This document shows positions 11,563 through 21,743 of a DNA stretch of 64,000 bases, one piece after another. Position 1 is the stretch's first letter. Each line of letters opens with the position of its first letter. Below the pieces are notes generated by a model, which made no database searches, was not told the DNA's origin, and worked only from the letters and a program-made list of their open reading frames with translations. The stretch lies in NCBI GenBank assembly GCA_000091205.1, contig AP006490.2. One strand, written 5' to 3'. Made by a program: the position numbers and the translations under genes. This stretch comes from Cyanidioschyzon merolae (taxonomy: Eukaryota).

Positions 11563-11722
11563 ACCGGAATCCTTCTACGAGGACTCGAAACTCGCAAGTG
11601 ACTGTTTGATGGAGCTTCTCGGTGATCCGCGGCGGAGTGAGCTCTTCATCGCCTTGACTGCAGCAGCGGAAAGCGGATGGGACTTTGTCGCGCTGGCTGC
11701 GCGATCGGCGAAGCCTGTGCTC
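11563..11722 (+). repeat. Dispersed duplicate (about 95% identity, 160 bp) of an internal trehalase coding segment (trehalase nt 17330-17491)
   Basis: Direct DNA comparison: accggaatccttctacgaggactcgaaact(c/t)gcaagtgactgtt(t/c)gatgga(g/a)cttctcggtgatccgcggcggagtgagctcttcatcgccttgactgcagcagcggaaagcggatgggactttt(c)gtcgcgctggctgcgcga(t/c)cggcgaagc(c/a)tgtgctc. It encodes the trehalase AESGWDF motif. It is not part of an intact gene here. Confidence 0.85.
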
Positions 11723-11819
11723 ACACACCAACAACGCCGCTCTAAAGTCGAACGACGTCGGGCGTGTACAGTAGTGGCAGCAACCGCGCCCTCGACAAGA
11801 CGTCTCCAACTGACGCGCA

Positions 11820-14270
11820 GACGCCTCCCCGTCTTATTGGACCGGCCACCGATTACTGCTTCCAACTTTTTCTCATATAGTTCCACTTTGAGAGGTTGCC
11901 GCACAAAATTCTCTCTTGTCAGCGCTGGAGGTCTTCTTTCCAGCACCGCACATCTCCTGATATTGATAGTGGCATTAAAGTCTCGATTCACAAACTCCAT
12001 ACGCCTCTTGCCATCATTGGTTGTACTTACTAGTGCAAGTGGCCCTCACACTTTTGCCCTCCTTTCCATTTGCTCCTCCGTCAGCGGTCTATACTTCTTT
12101 ACATCTTCAGGGCTCCTCTGGCACTTTTCCATCTCGACCCTCTGAAGTGTACAACCCAGCTCGTGGTGTGTATAAGATGTTCGGAACTCATCTATCGGTA
12201 TTGTAACGAAACGCCGTGCGCACTCCTTGTACACCCTCGTCGTTGGAGCTGGCGTAGCTCCTTTCTTGGGCGCTCAGCGCCCTGCTCCGTACGCTACTAC
12301 CAGCCTTTGGCTCTCGTCCTCCTTCAGGGCGTTCAACTCATTGAAAAAGTTCGCGAGCACGCGCTGCCTCCCACCGTATAGACTCATTCGCAGACGAGCC
12401 CGCCGGGGCTTTGTATACTCCTCCCGTAGCGCCTCCCGATGAGGAACACGAACTTCCATGACTTTCCGAGAAGCTTGAAAGTGTGCTCCGCGGCCCGTCA
12501 CCTCGCTCAAAGCTTCCAGGTGATCCTTCATTCCTGCATCCCATGCAGGAATTTTCTTCCTCGCATTCATGACTCCCGATTCTCGATAGTATCTTGCTCT
12601 CGGGAACCTCAAAAGACGCATGTCTTTCTGACGCAAGGAACCGTCAGTACTATCTTCCGCACGCTACGCTGCGCGATGGTTATGATACTCGTATTCTCAG
12701 GGTCCGCGCCAACGACAAAGTCGTTACCCTGCACTTTCTGCGTCGCAGGACCCGCCTCCTTCTCATCTTCCTGCTTCACCGCGTCAACGACAAGATCGTT
12801 ATCCTCCACCTCCTGCGTCGCAGGATCCGCCGCTTTGTTTTCTGCATCCTTCGTCACGGGCGAAGCCGAGAGCGGGACTGAACGATCTTTCTTCAACCGC
12901 CGATAGTGTACACACAAGGCTACTCCATCGGTTTCGATCAACCCAGTGAATACCTTTTGTTTGCTCATTTTGAGCCGTTTGAAATTGAAGATGTTCTTCC
13001 AGTACGTCTCCAGGTTTTCACCGATGAACTCTTCCCTGTTAACATCGAACTCGGGAATGATCTCCCTCATGATGCCATAAAGGATTCTGGAGTCGATAGT
13101 CACAAAATGTGACTTGAAGTTGCACAACGGAACGACACTGAAGCGCTTACCCACTAGGGCAGCCTTCCGTCTCTCCCACTCTTCATTTTTCTCTCACTCA
13201 GCTTCATCTCTGCCTTGCGTTTGAGTTCTCGGTCCAAAATCACGAAATACCGCAGGACGAGGCGATAGTATCTTTCCTTATCTTTTTCAACTCTGATATC
13301 TTTTCTGTTGGATTAACCAACCCCAGTACCGCACGATGCTCTTGTATAACCGCGCGGATGACGGAATCCTCATTCGTGCTCTTGTTTGACGCCTTCTTGT
13401 CGACGACTTCGACCTCATCTTCATGCTTACGATCTTTCGTGATGCCATTGATAATCGCCCATTTTCCATTGCGAGATAGGCTCTGGTAGAGTGCAACCAC
13501 GGCGCGTATCATGAAACGTTCGAGGTTCGCTGTCAAATGGTTTTTCAGATTCGTGAGGTACTTCATCGCCCCATATGTGTAAATATCCCCGTCACCCTTG
13601 TATCGAGTACCATTGAAGCTGTAAAAGGGATGTTTTTCGTGGAGGGCATGCATTCGCTCGTTTTCCCTCCGCGCTTCCCCTGTAACAAGCATCAGCTGAC
13701 GAATAAAGGTCATGTCGAAAAACTCGTCCGGAATTTCGACTGTTTCCATATGCGTCACGTCGCGATACATCTACCTCGCCAAATGCATCAGTCCTGACGA
13801 CGCCTTGACAATACTCTCGGAGTCTGACGCAACACGTTTTTCGATAGCGTCTCGCAACGTTTCCCTGTTGGGATCCTTGATATGTTTAAGAAGACAGCCT
13901 TTAACCACCATCTCGTCGTACAGTTGTCTTTTTTGCCGGCTTCGACGTAGGACCTCACCTTTTGCTTCTTTTTCTCTTCCTTTTCTTCTGGAATCGGCAC
14001 TGTTTTTTGTTTTTTTTTCTGGCAGCCGGCGACACTGGGCCTCCAAGATCGTGGACTTGCTTTTTCATATCTTTCCTTTTTTTGTTTTTTTTGAAAAGGA
14101 ACGCTCTTTGGACGCTTGTGGTATATGCTGCGAAAAAACACTTGACTAGACTTGTTTGAAGTTTTAAACAAAAATGAGCTGAAAGACTGTACTTTGCTAC
14201 GAACTGAACGGAAATCCAACTTTTTACAGCTGAACAACACGCTTCTGATCGAGATCACGTTTCCCTTCAA
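11820..14270 (-). mobile_element. Degenerate Fanzor/TnpB-like (IS605 OrfB-family RuvC nuclease) gene, about 2.4 kb. It has a Lys/Arg-rich N-terminus, is broken by in-frame stops and frame changes, and carries a conserved 3' noncoding block.
   Basis: The minus-strand pieces are co-linear with TnpB. (i) K/R-rich N-terminal pieces (13788-14270 and 13771-14046). (ii) 13240-13770, in frame with the preceding piece but separated from it by one TAG. (iii) 12609-13154 in another frame, containing [15 protein letters not shown] (a possible RuvC-I). (iv) 12274-12636, 12046-12234 and 11575-12000, all in one frame and separated only by TGA codons. Together these read LYGGRQRV...MYKECARRFVTIPIDEFRTSYTHHELGCTL, which matches the TnpB consensus YKaewyGr.vv.vdP.yTSq.Cs.CG. 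Then comes EFVNRDFNATINIRRCAVL, which matches RuvC-III DRDxNAAxNIxRR. I checked ATG GAG TTT GTG AAT CGA GAC TTT AAT GCC ACT ATC AAT ATC AGG AGA by reverse-complementing 11953-12000. The 3' end at 11820-11829 is revcomp GGGAGGCGTC, shared with the other copies. Confidence 0.5.
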
Positions 14271-16235
14271 CGGCGAGATACATGTCGTGTCTCATGTCTG
14301 CCTGATCTCCCAGGTGCGCTCACCGATCGATGAAGGTCACGTGTCCGACACCCCGCCTTGGCACTTGCGTGTTCGCATCGCGCAGCAGCAAAAATCAGGT
14401 GTCCTAAATCGAAAACTCACGTGGAGTAGTCTCGTGCTATAGGCTATGTCGCTGGTGCTGACGCTACTGCCCATCGCATTACCGCCCTGACAGACATGGA
14501 GCTGTTGGGGCCTGGCACGATACCTCTCGACGCTTCTATCAAATGCGTAGCGTTCTCTGCGGCTTACGCTTGTGTGGATAAGATACGCATCACTCTACTC
14601 AATAGGAATTTTGTTAGTTTTATTGATCGTAAACAAACAAGGTACGGTAGGATTCCTGAACACGGATACAAGTTTATTTCCTATGCTTGTAATGCATGCT
14701 GCACGGACGCTGGAATAAGGAACTGACATGAATTTTGCTTCTTTCCGGCGTCATGGGCTGGTACTGATGACCGTTCAAGTCATTTTCCATGCTATCGTCA
14801 TTGCCCAAGTTATGGTGCCTGCTACTGTCTCGGACCCGGTGATCTTGACAGAGGCATAGCACACAGGTAGCGTCCATATCTGCCACGACGTTTGAGCCTT
14901 GCATCTCGCCTGGCACGATCGAGGAACCCGATAAAAGCACATACTGTATTCTTATCTACTCTATAAGATTAGTTTCAAGAGCCTAACCTGTATGTAGTTG
15001 TGCAAGCACCAAACCGTAAACTTATCTGCACCCCCTACGCCCCCCGCCATTCCTTAAGCAAGCGGATGTTCGTTAGCCACCTGCTGATTTTTCCCTTCCA
15101 GTAGTAAAACTGCTCAAGAGACGGATTTTTTCTCTATCCCTTACCGTTCAATGGAAAGAAAACGTTTCACGACCATGTAGGGTAAATTAATATCCAATCA
15201 CAGACGTCTCCTAGCCTTTTCCACCGGCCCCCTGCTATCGGTTGCAGCTTCTCTTTGTACAATTCGACCCTGAGAGGATGTCCCAGAAAGGTGGACCGCG
15301 TCAGCTCCGCCGGTCGCGCCTCCATCACCATTCGTCTTCTGATATTGATGAGGTTTTGTCGAAAACGCTAGTGATAGAGCTGAGGTCAAGAAACGATCCA
15401 TCTTGACTGGCGCTATCAAACGATCGGTACCAGAAGCTGGAGGCTGCAGCCGGCACCAGGTGCTCTGGTGACGGCATGCTGGCCGTGAATAGTGCGCGAC
15501 GAAGCCGCACAGCATGCTACGGTTTCCTAGTACGTAGGTAAAACAAGCGCGTACCCTAAACGTTCATATTCAGGGCGATGACTAGTCGCCGCCACGGTAT
15601 CCTGGGAAAAATATGCGAGTGCACTTTGGTTGCTCGACTATCGAGCACCATCACGAGTATGGGTGCACTTCACTACACGGTTTCCAACGATCATTGAATC
15701 CACCATCATCCAAAAGTGACGAAAAGTCACAAGCGCACCGGCCTCGTACCTCCAAGTCAGGACTTGCCCATCAGCACGCACACAAATTTCGTGACCCGCT
15801 GCGCATTCACCAAACGAAAGGAAGCACGCGTTTCTTCATCCAGGGATAGAGGGTTCCAAATTCCTTCAGAGACTGCCGATGCTTCGCCCGAACCCAGACC
15901 ATCAGCTGCGGTATGCCCACGAGCATAAACCGGATGCCTGCGATTATCTGCGTCATCAATGTAAATCCTGCCCACACCAGTACCTCAAATGTGTGTCGTT
16001 CGGACACGACACAAGCTCGAAAACCAAGCCGTATGGGGCCTGTCGCAAGCGCCAGTGGCACACCAGGTTGCCAAGCTCACAAATGCCAAAGCACACCACG
16101 CCTATCCAAAAAAAGGCGGCAGCGTCAGCAGCGGAAAGCACCAGCTCTATTGATCAAGAAGCGCATCGATGCGCTTCTCGATCGACGAAACGCGAGCTCC
16201 GCGAGACGCATTCGCCATCAGTTGACGTATAGAAC

Positions 16236-18332
16236 GTGTGGTACTATGCAACTGTTCAGTACCGTAACCTGAGCACCATGACATTGAAAGTCATAGAAGC
16301 GTATGTGCATATGGCTTTTCGTCTGGGCGCGTTGGCGCCTGCATTTCCGAGTTCGGTTGTATACTGTGCCGCCAACTGCGCTGAAACTAGTGCCGGCTGT
16401 GAAAAGTCGCTGCTCGCAGTCGTTCAGCGACTCCGCATTTTCGCTGACTCAAAACACTTTGTGGATCTGCCTCTGCTACCTGGGCGAATACCGGAGCGGA
16501 TCATAGAGTACTGGGACGCTGAGTTCGGTCGCCGCGTTGTTGAGGAGCCGCTGGCGGGCCCAGGCGAAGCAACCAGCGGGCTCCGCGAGGCCGAGCGCGA
16601 GCCCCCTGTGCCCACCTTTCGGCTAGCACGTGTCGAGGGACCTGACACCGACTTCGAGGAGGTACGTCGCTTTCTGTTAGAGCACTTTGACTACGCGCCT
16701 GGTGGCGACTTGCTTGCCTGGATCCCGCGGGACTTGCCGCAGTTGGAGCTGGACCCTGAACCTGGAACGACAGCGACTGGTTCGCCACCGTTGCTGCACC
16801 AGATCTGGCGCTGGATGAAAGCACAGGATGTCGATGCGGGAAACTGGCTCATGGATATGGTCGCACGCTGGCGAAAACTCGGTCGCGAGACCTCGCCGAT
16901 GGTGTTCAGAGAACCTGAACGCTTCAGTCTGCTGCCCCTGAAACATCCATTCATCGTGGCTGGTGGTCGATTCCGCGAGTGCTACTACTGGGATACCTAC
17001 TTCATCGTTCGCGGCCTTCTGGTCTGCGGTATGTGGGAGACTGCGCGCTGCTGCGTTGAGAATCTTCTCGATCTGGTAGAGCAGTTCGGCTTTGTGCCCA
17101 ACGGTGCCCGCATCTACTATCTGAATCGTACCCAACCACCACTACTTTCGGATATGGTGCGCTGCATTGCAGAGCATGCACATGCCGGATGGGACGTGAT
17201 GACATTTTTGGGGCGAGCGTTGCCGCTTCTGGAGCGTGAATACAACTTCATGATGGAGCAACGGGCGGTAAAGATGCGCGCAGGGGGAACCCTAAATCGT
17301 TACCATGCGCCCGCAGCCGAAGGACCGCGACCGGAATCCTTCTACGAGGACTCGAAACTTGCAAGTGACTGTTCGATGGAACTTCTCGGTGATCCGCGGC
17401 GGAGTGAGCTCTTCATCGCCTTGACTGCAGCAGCGGAAAGCGGATGGGACTTTTCGTCGCGCTGGCTGCGCGACCGGCGAAGCATGTGCTCCATCCGAAC
17501 GCAGTTGATTATCCCTGTGTGTTTCAACAGTTTCATGCTTCGCATGGAACGCAATCTCGCTTTTCTCTACCAATGGTATATCAGCGGTAGCCGACCGGAA
17601 ACGGAAAAAGGTAGCATTTTCGAACAGCGGTTACCTGGAAATGAGGAGGTCCCCAATGACCCAGTGACAAGAGACTTGCTTGATCGAGTCCAACAGCGGG
17701 TCTCTACGATGCAAAAGTATTTATACGTACCAAGCCGGGATCAATGGATCGACTACGACCTGGAGGCCGATACAACGACCCTGCAAACGGTTGCAGATTG
17801 GCGGCAGACGGTGAGTTCGAGCAACTTTTTCCCGCTCTGGAGCGGCATCCTCGAGCATATCGAATCGGAACAAGCGGCTTCCATCGCGCGTGGCGTGCTC
17901 CAGTCGTTCGAGGAGAGTGGTCTCCTGCAAAACGGAGGCGTTGTTGCAACATTGGTGACCGATTCGGGTCAACAGTGGGATTACCCGAACGCGTGGCCAC
18001 CCGTGCAACTCCTGCTGCACGAAGCGTTTGCGTCGCTAGCGACGCAGTTTTCCGCGAATGAGCAAATCTCCAACCGAGCTCGCGAACTTTCTTTGCAGAT
18101 AGCCATCCGATTTCTGCGTTCTGTATACCAGGGCTGGCTTCGGAGTGGTGATCTTTTCGAGAAGTATCACGCGGAAAAGGTCGGAGAGAGTGGCAACGGC
18201 GGTGAATACGTTCCCCAGGTTGGATTCGGATGGACAATTGGGGTGAGCCTTGCGCTCTTGTCCAGTGTATGGCAGCTTGATCGAAGCCTGCTCGCACAAG
18301 TCTGGCAGAGGGTATCCGATGAAGCCACATAA
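16236..18332 (+). CDS. Neutral trehalase (glycoside hydrolase family 37), 698 aa from the first ATG. The probable start is the signal-like Met at about 16311 (MAFRLGALAPAFPSS).
   Basis: GH37 signatures: YCAANCA...LLAVVQRLRIFADSKHFVD, GGRFRECYYWDTYF, GPRPESFYEDSKLA, AESGWDFSSRW, QWDYPNAWPP. One continuous ORF with no introns. Confidence 0.9.
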   Translation: MWYYATVQYRNLSTMTLKVIEAYVHMAFRLGALAPAFPSSVVYCAANCAETSAGCEKSLLAVVQRLRIFADSKHFVDLPLLPGRIPERIIEYWDAEFGRRVVEEPLAGPGEATSGLREAEREPPVPTFRLARVEGPDTDFEEVRRFLLEHFDYAPGGDLLAWIPRDLPQLELDPEPGTTATGSPPLLHQIWRWMKAQDVDAGNWLMDMVARWRKLGRETSPMVFREPERFSLLPLKHPFIVAGGRFRECYYWDTYFIVRGLLVCGMWETARCCVENLLDLVEQFGFVPNGARIYYLNRTQPPLLSDMVRCIAEHAHAGWDVMTFLGRALPLLEREYNFMMEQRAVKMRAGGTLNRYHAPAAEGPRPESFYEDSKLASDCSMELLGDPRRSELFIALTAAAESGWDFSSRWLRDRRSMCSIRTQLIIPVCFNSFMLRMERNLAFLYQWYISGSRPETEKGSIFEQRLPGNEEVPNDPVTRDLLDRVQQRVSTMQKYLYVPSRDQWIDYDLEADTTTLQTVADWRQTVSSSNFFPLWSGILEHIESEQAASIARGVLQSFEESGLLQNGGVVATLVTDSGQQWDYPNAWPPVQLLLHEAFASLATQFSANEQISNRARELSLQIAIRFLRSVYQGWLRSGDLFEKYHAEKVGESGNGGEYVPQVGFGWTIGVSLALLSSVWQLDRSLLAQVWQRVSDEAT

Positions 18333-18974
18333 ACCGTGCGGGTCCTGATGCTGTCATGACCTCTGCGTTTACCTCAGCGTAGATTGGCGCTCGACGATAG
18401 ATTTTTGTTTATGAATGCATGTTTATTTATGTGTATGTGCTCCAAGTTTCCCGCGCTGTTCATTCGCGAGCCCGCGATAAACACAGCCTCCAACGAGCGA
18501 CAAGAATCTTGATTTTATTCGAGACGATTGGCGTATCGCATATTTGATCGATTTGAGGCACTTGAAGACTGCAGAAGTTTTCCATCAGCCGAATACATGC
18601 ATAAATAGATGTATTGTCTCAAGGGAAGGGCAGTATCCCTTTCTCAATGATCCGCAGCTGGCTAGCTCGCTTTTTCTGAACGAGGTACCCAAAATCAGTC
18701 ACCGAACAACGTATCACCGGGTCAGGCTCGAAGCGTCTACGCTGCGTCCGGCGTGAACGTGCCTAGACTTGCTCTGTCCCGGATGCTGGACCCTGATAGG
18801 CCGTTGAAAGCACTCGAACCGTGCATTCCGCCTCGGATACGCGTTCAACAACGGAGTCGTATGTCGTTTCATCAATCTGCCGTCAGCAAGAAGGCAGCGG
18901 CAGCTGCGCTCGTACAGACTCGGCATAGCGAGGTCGATCTCGCATCGAGTTCGCCCGAGTATTCACGATTCGCA

Positions 18975-21743
18975 TCAGTTGCTGTCGTGGACAGTTGCGA
19001 GCACACAATGTTCACCAGTCAGTCGGTAGAGGAGGCGAGCGCGCTCCTCATTGTCTTCGGTTCGCGCTTCCAAGACATATTCCCGCATGTGCGGGGTTTC
19101 CAGAACAGCCGCCTCATCGAGGTCAAAGATCGAGCGCGTCAAGTACTCCAGAAGTGCTGTTTGCACCGGTGCTGCTGTTGGCGAAGCATACGGCCCCGGA
19201 AGCGTCAGCTGCCCATGTTGAAGCAATTCATCTAAAAGCTCCATACGATCCTGGAAGACTCGTCGCAAAAGTTGCACGTGCACCCAAAGCGTCAGCAGTT
19301 GATCGATCTCGTCCATGCTGTGCTGCAGGTGCGCACCCAGAACACCAGTCTCTGGCACAGAGGACTGGAAAAGCGCAGCACACGCAGCCGCTGTGGACTC
19401 GAAACAGCGACGAAAGCCCGTTACATACTGGCGTTCGATGCTAGACTGGCAGCAGATCGCTTGCCAGAGCGCTCTCACACACTGCATAGCCCCGAACTCG
19501 AGCAGTCTCTGCCATTGCTGTCGACTTGGTTCCGAGTCATCCGGAAAGAAAGATGCCTCAGCTTTGGCAGTCGCGTTGCCCGTGGGTGTCCCATTGGCCC
19601 CTGGATTTGCGTCGTACAGGGATGCGCACCGGTGTGGATCGTTTTCAACAGAAAAGATGCCTTCCGTCGAGGTGTCATCCGCGGCAACCGGCATTTGCGC
19701 ATCAGAATCCACTTCAGCCTGGCCTAGCGCCTCAGGATCCGACTTTACAGCATGCTCGCTTGCCGCACCATGCAGTTGCTTTCGTGTGCCGGCCGTCTGC
19801 AGGTGGCCCGGTCTACTGGGTACAGGCGCTGGCTCAGGTGACGGGAGCGAAGCTGAAGCAACCCCTTGCCCAGGGCTGACGGAGCCCAAAGCGCGTCCCG
19901 GCACCCGTACTGTGTATGCCTGCGATCCGAATGCATCGGACGCAAACGCTACTGCCGTTTGCTCAAGAGCTACCGCACCGGCCTCTCCGCGAATTCCAGC
20001 GTTCAGCGCATACACAGGCGTAGCAGAGGGAGCCTGTGCTCCAGCGCTCTTTTCAGATGCGACGGCTCCTCGATTCCTGGCAGCTGGGCATGTGCTTTCC
20101 ACTGGAACCCGTTGAGATTCTACGCTAGCCGCTGCGGCGTCAAGAGGTGTCGCCTCCGGTGTTGATTTCTGCAGATTCGCACTCGCCAGTCTATTCAAGC
20201 TCTCTAGTGTCACACGAAGTTCTGCCGCAACCGTCCCGTCGTTCTCGCTGTGCAGCCCTTTTGGCCATGAATTTGCAATCAAGGCGTCGTCGACGCACGC
20301 TCTCAACGCTTCCAAGAGCGGACAAATCAGGTGCCTTGACGTGAACACCCTGCTGGGCTGCTCTGGATCCAGGGACTGCTCAGTATCACTGATCGATACG
20401 GAGCGGAGGATGCGAATCAGTTGCACAAGTCGTCTGACGAGTTGTCTCAACAGTCGCATCTGTGTCCAGTGTGGCACCGGCATTACTTTCCGTGGCATGC
20501 TGGACATGGGTTCGGCGTCCAGGCTTTCGCTCGGTAACCAGAGGATCCACTCTGGTGCATCCAGCAGATCCATGCTTTCGTAGGCAGCGAGCGACCTCAG
20601 TGGCCATCGCAGCATCAACGCAAGCCGCAGGGCATCCGCATCTACAAGAGGCGATGTGACTAAGCCCTCGGACTCGACCGCTTCGGGTTCCAGCACTACC
20701 TCATAGGTCAGGGCAATCTCAAGCCGCTCTTGTGTGATGCTCCTGTTCGTCTCCGTGGCGCCTGGCGAGAGCGAAGGTGTTACGATATGCTGGCGAAAGA
20801 ATGCCAACAAGGATTCCAGATCCTCGATATTCGCAGGAGGTGTAGATAGCACGCGCATTTCGTAATGCCGCAATGCAAACCCATCACCAATCCCTAGTCC
20901 GCGGTACTCGGTTGCAGCTTCCGTCATCGTAGCGCTTGTTTCAACGAAAACTGTCGTGGGCATCATTGTCATCGAGACGCTGGTGCAGTGCTTACGGTCC
21001 TGGGGCTCAGTCGACTCTACAGAGTGTGTGCTTCCGTTTCGCTTGTTGAGCGTCGTGCACTTCCTCCTGGGACCAGTCTCGACGTCTGAGGTACAGTCGG
21101 GTGTCATACACTGGCGCCCCGCTCCGCGAGACTGCCATAGAACGCACGCGCTTTCACCAGGCTGGTCTTGATCGGTCTGTAGACAGGTCGTGGCAACGAA
21201 GAAAAGTGCGCCAACTGCAGCTTGAACCCAGTCACGATATGACGATAGTGCTGGCGTCAAACGGAGTAGCCAGTACGCAGGAACGCCAAAGAGTCTCACG
21301 AGCCCCAGAGGTTGCGCCACCTGCCAGGTTTCATCGCATACGAGGAAGAGCTCTGCAGACACACGAGTGCTTGTCGATGCGTCTTCCCTGCAGGTCGTCC
21401 AAGGTGTCCAGGGTGTCCGGTCCAGTGCTGGTGGCAGTGCGACCGTCAACGACTGTCGTACGGCTCCGGGTACGGTATTACGAGTTGCCACCTGCGTAAC
21501 CAAGGCCTTTGCGGCTTCTTCTAAAGCGTACACGAGGTCCTCCCAGGGCGTGTTCCGACTGAAGTCTTGCGTGACGCTGGATTCTCTTGGTAATAGCAGG
21601 CGGAAGCCCGGGATACGCAGGTTTGGCCACCGGAAGTCTGCTGGCGTGCCACCGCTGGGCACTTGTTGCTCCTCAGCGTCGGAGCGGCCTGCCATAGGCA
21701 CCTGACAGCCTTGAGGCTGGGCCCGGAATGGACGCCTACGCAC
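18975..21743 (-). CDS. hypothetical protein, 922 aa, no recognised domain
   Basis: Very long uninterrupted ORF with coding-like composition and both acidic and Ser/Ala-rich stretches. Its length argues it is real. No family identified by eye. Confidence 0.55.
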   Translation of the reverse strand: MRRRPFRAQPQGCQVPMAGRSDAEEQQVPSGGTPADFRWPNLRIPGFRLLLPRESSVTQDFSRNTPWEDLVYALEEAAKALVTQVATRNTVPGAVRQSLTVALPPALDRTPWTPWTTCREDASTSTRVSAELFLVCDETWQVAQPLGLVRLFGVPAYWLLRLTPALSSYRDWVQAAVGALFFVATTCLQTDQDQPGESACVLWQSRGAGRQCMTPDCTSDVETGPRRKCTTLNKRNGSTHSVESTEPQDRKHCTSVSMTMMPTTVFVETSATMTEAATEYRGLGIGDGFALRHYEMRVLSTPPANIEDLESLLAFFRQHIVTPSLSPGATETNRSITQERLEIALTYEVVLEPEAVESEGLVTSPLVDADALRLALMLRWPLRSLAAYESMDLLDAPEWILWLPSESLDAEPMSSMPRKVMPVPHWTQMRLLRQLVRRLVQLIRILRSVSISDTEQSLDPEQPSRVFTSRHLICPLLEALRACVDDALIANSWPKGLHSENDGTVAAELRVTLESLNRLASANLQKSTPEATPLDAAAASVESQRVPVESTCPAARNRGAVASEKSAGAQAPSATPVYALNAGIRGEAGAVALEQTAVAFASDAFGSQAYTVRVPGRALGSVSPGQGVASASLPSPEPAPVPSRPGHLQTAGTRKQLHGAASEHAVKSDPEALGQAEVDSDAQMPVAADDTSTEGIFSVENDPHRCASLYDANPGANGTPTGNATAKAEASFFPDDSEPSRQQWQRLLEFGAMQCVRALWQAICCQSSIERQYVTGFRRCFESTAAACAALFQSSVPETGVLGAHLQHSMDEIDQLLTLWVHVQLLRRVFQDRMELLDELLQHGQLTLPGPYASPTAAPVQTALLEYLTRSIFDLDEAAVLETPHMREYVLEARTEDNEERARLLYRLTGEHCVLATVHDSN

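Noticed and set aside
11372-12145. 257-aa plus-strand ORF containing a trehalase-like peptide (GPESFYEDSKLASDCLMELLGDPRRSELFIALTAAAESGWDF)
   Set aside because: Only about 55 residues resemble trehalase, corresponding to the 160-bp duplicated fragment. The rest is antisense to the Fanzor-like gene and has no trehalase similarity. It is not a gene.
13771-14046. Treating the in-frame TAG/TGA codons in the Fanzor-like gene as evidence of a non-standard genetic code
   Set aside because: The in-frame codons are TAG at 13771-13773 and TGA at 12274-12276 and 12046-12048. Long host genes such as RPB2, Raptor and trehalase terminate normally and contain no internal stops. Degeneration of the element is the simpler explanation.
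14760-15200. Search for a 5' end of the long element matching the 5' block of the short copies (revcomp of aaatgcgatttcgcgg / aataaaaaatccaaggga)
   Set aside because: No convincing match was found upstream of the long copy. Its 5' boundary therefore remains undefined, and I have not claimed one.
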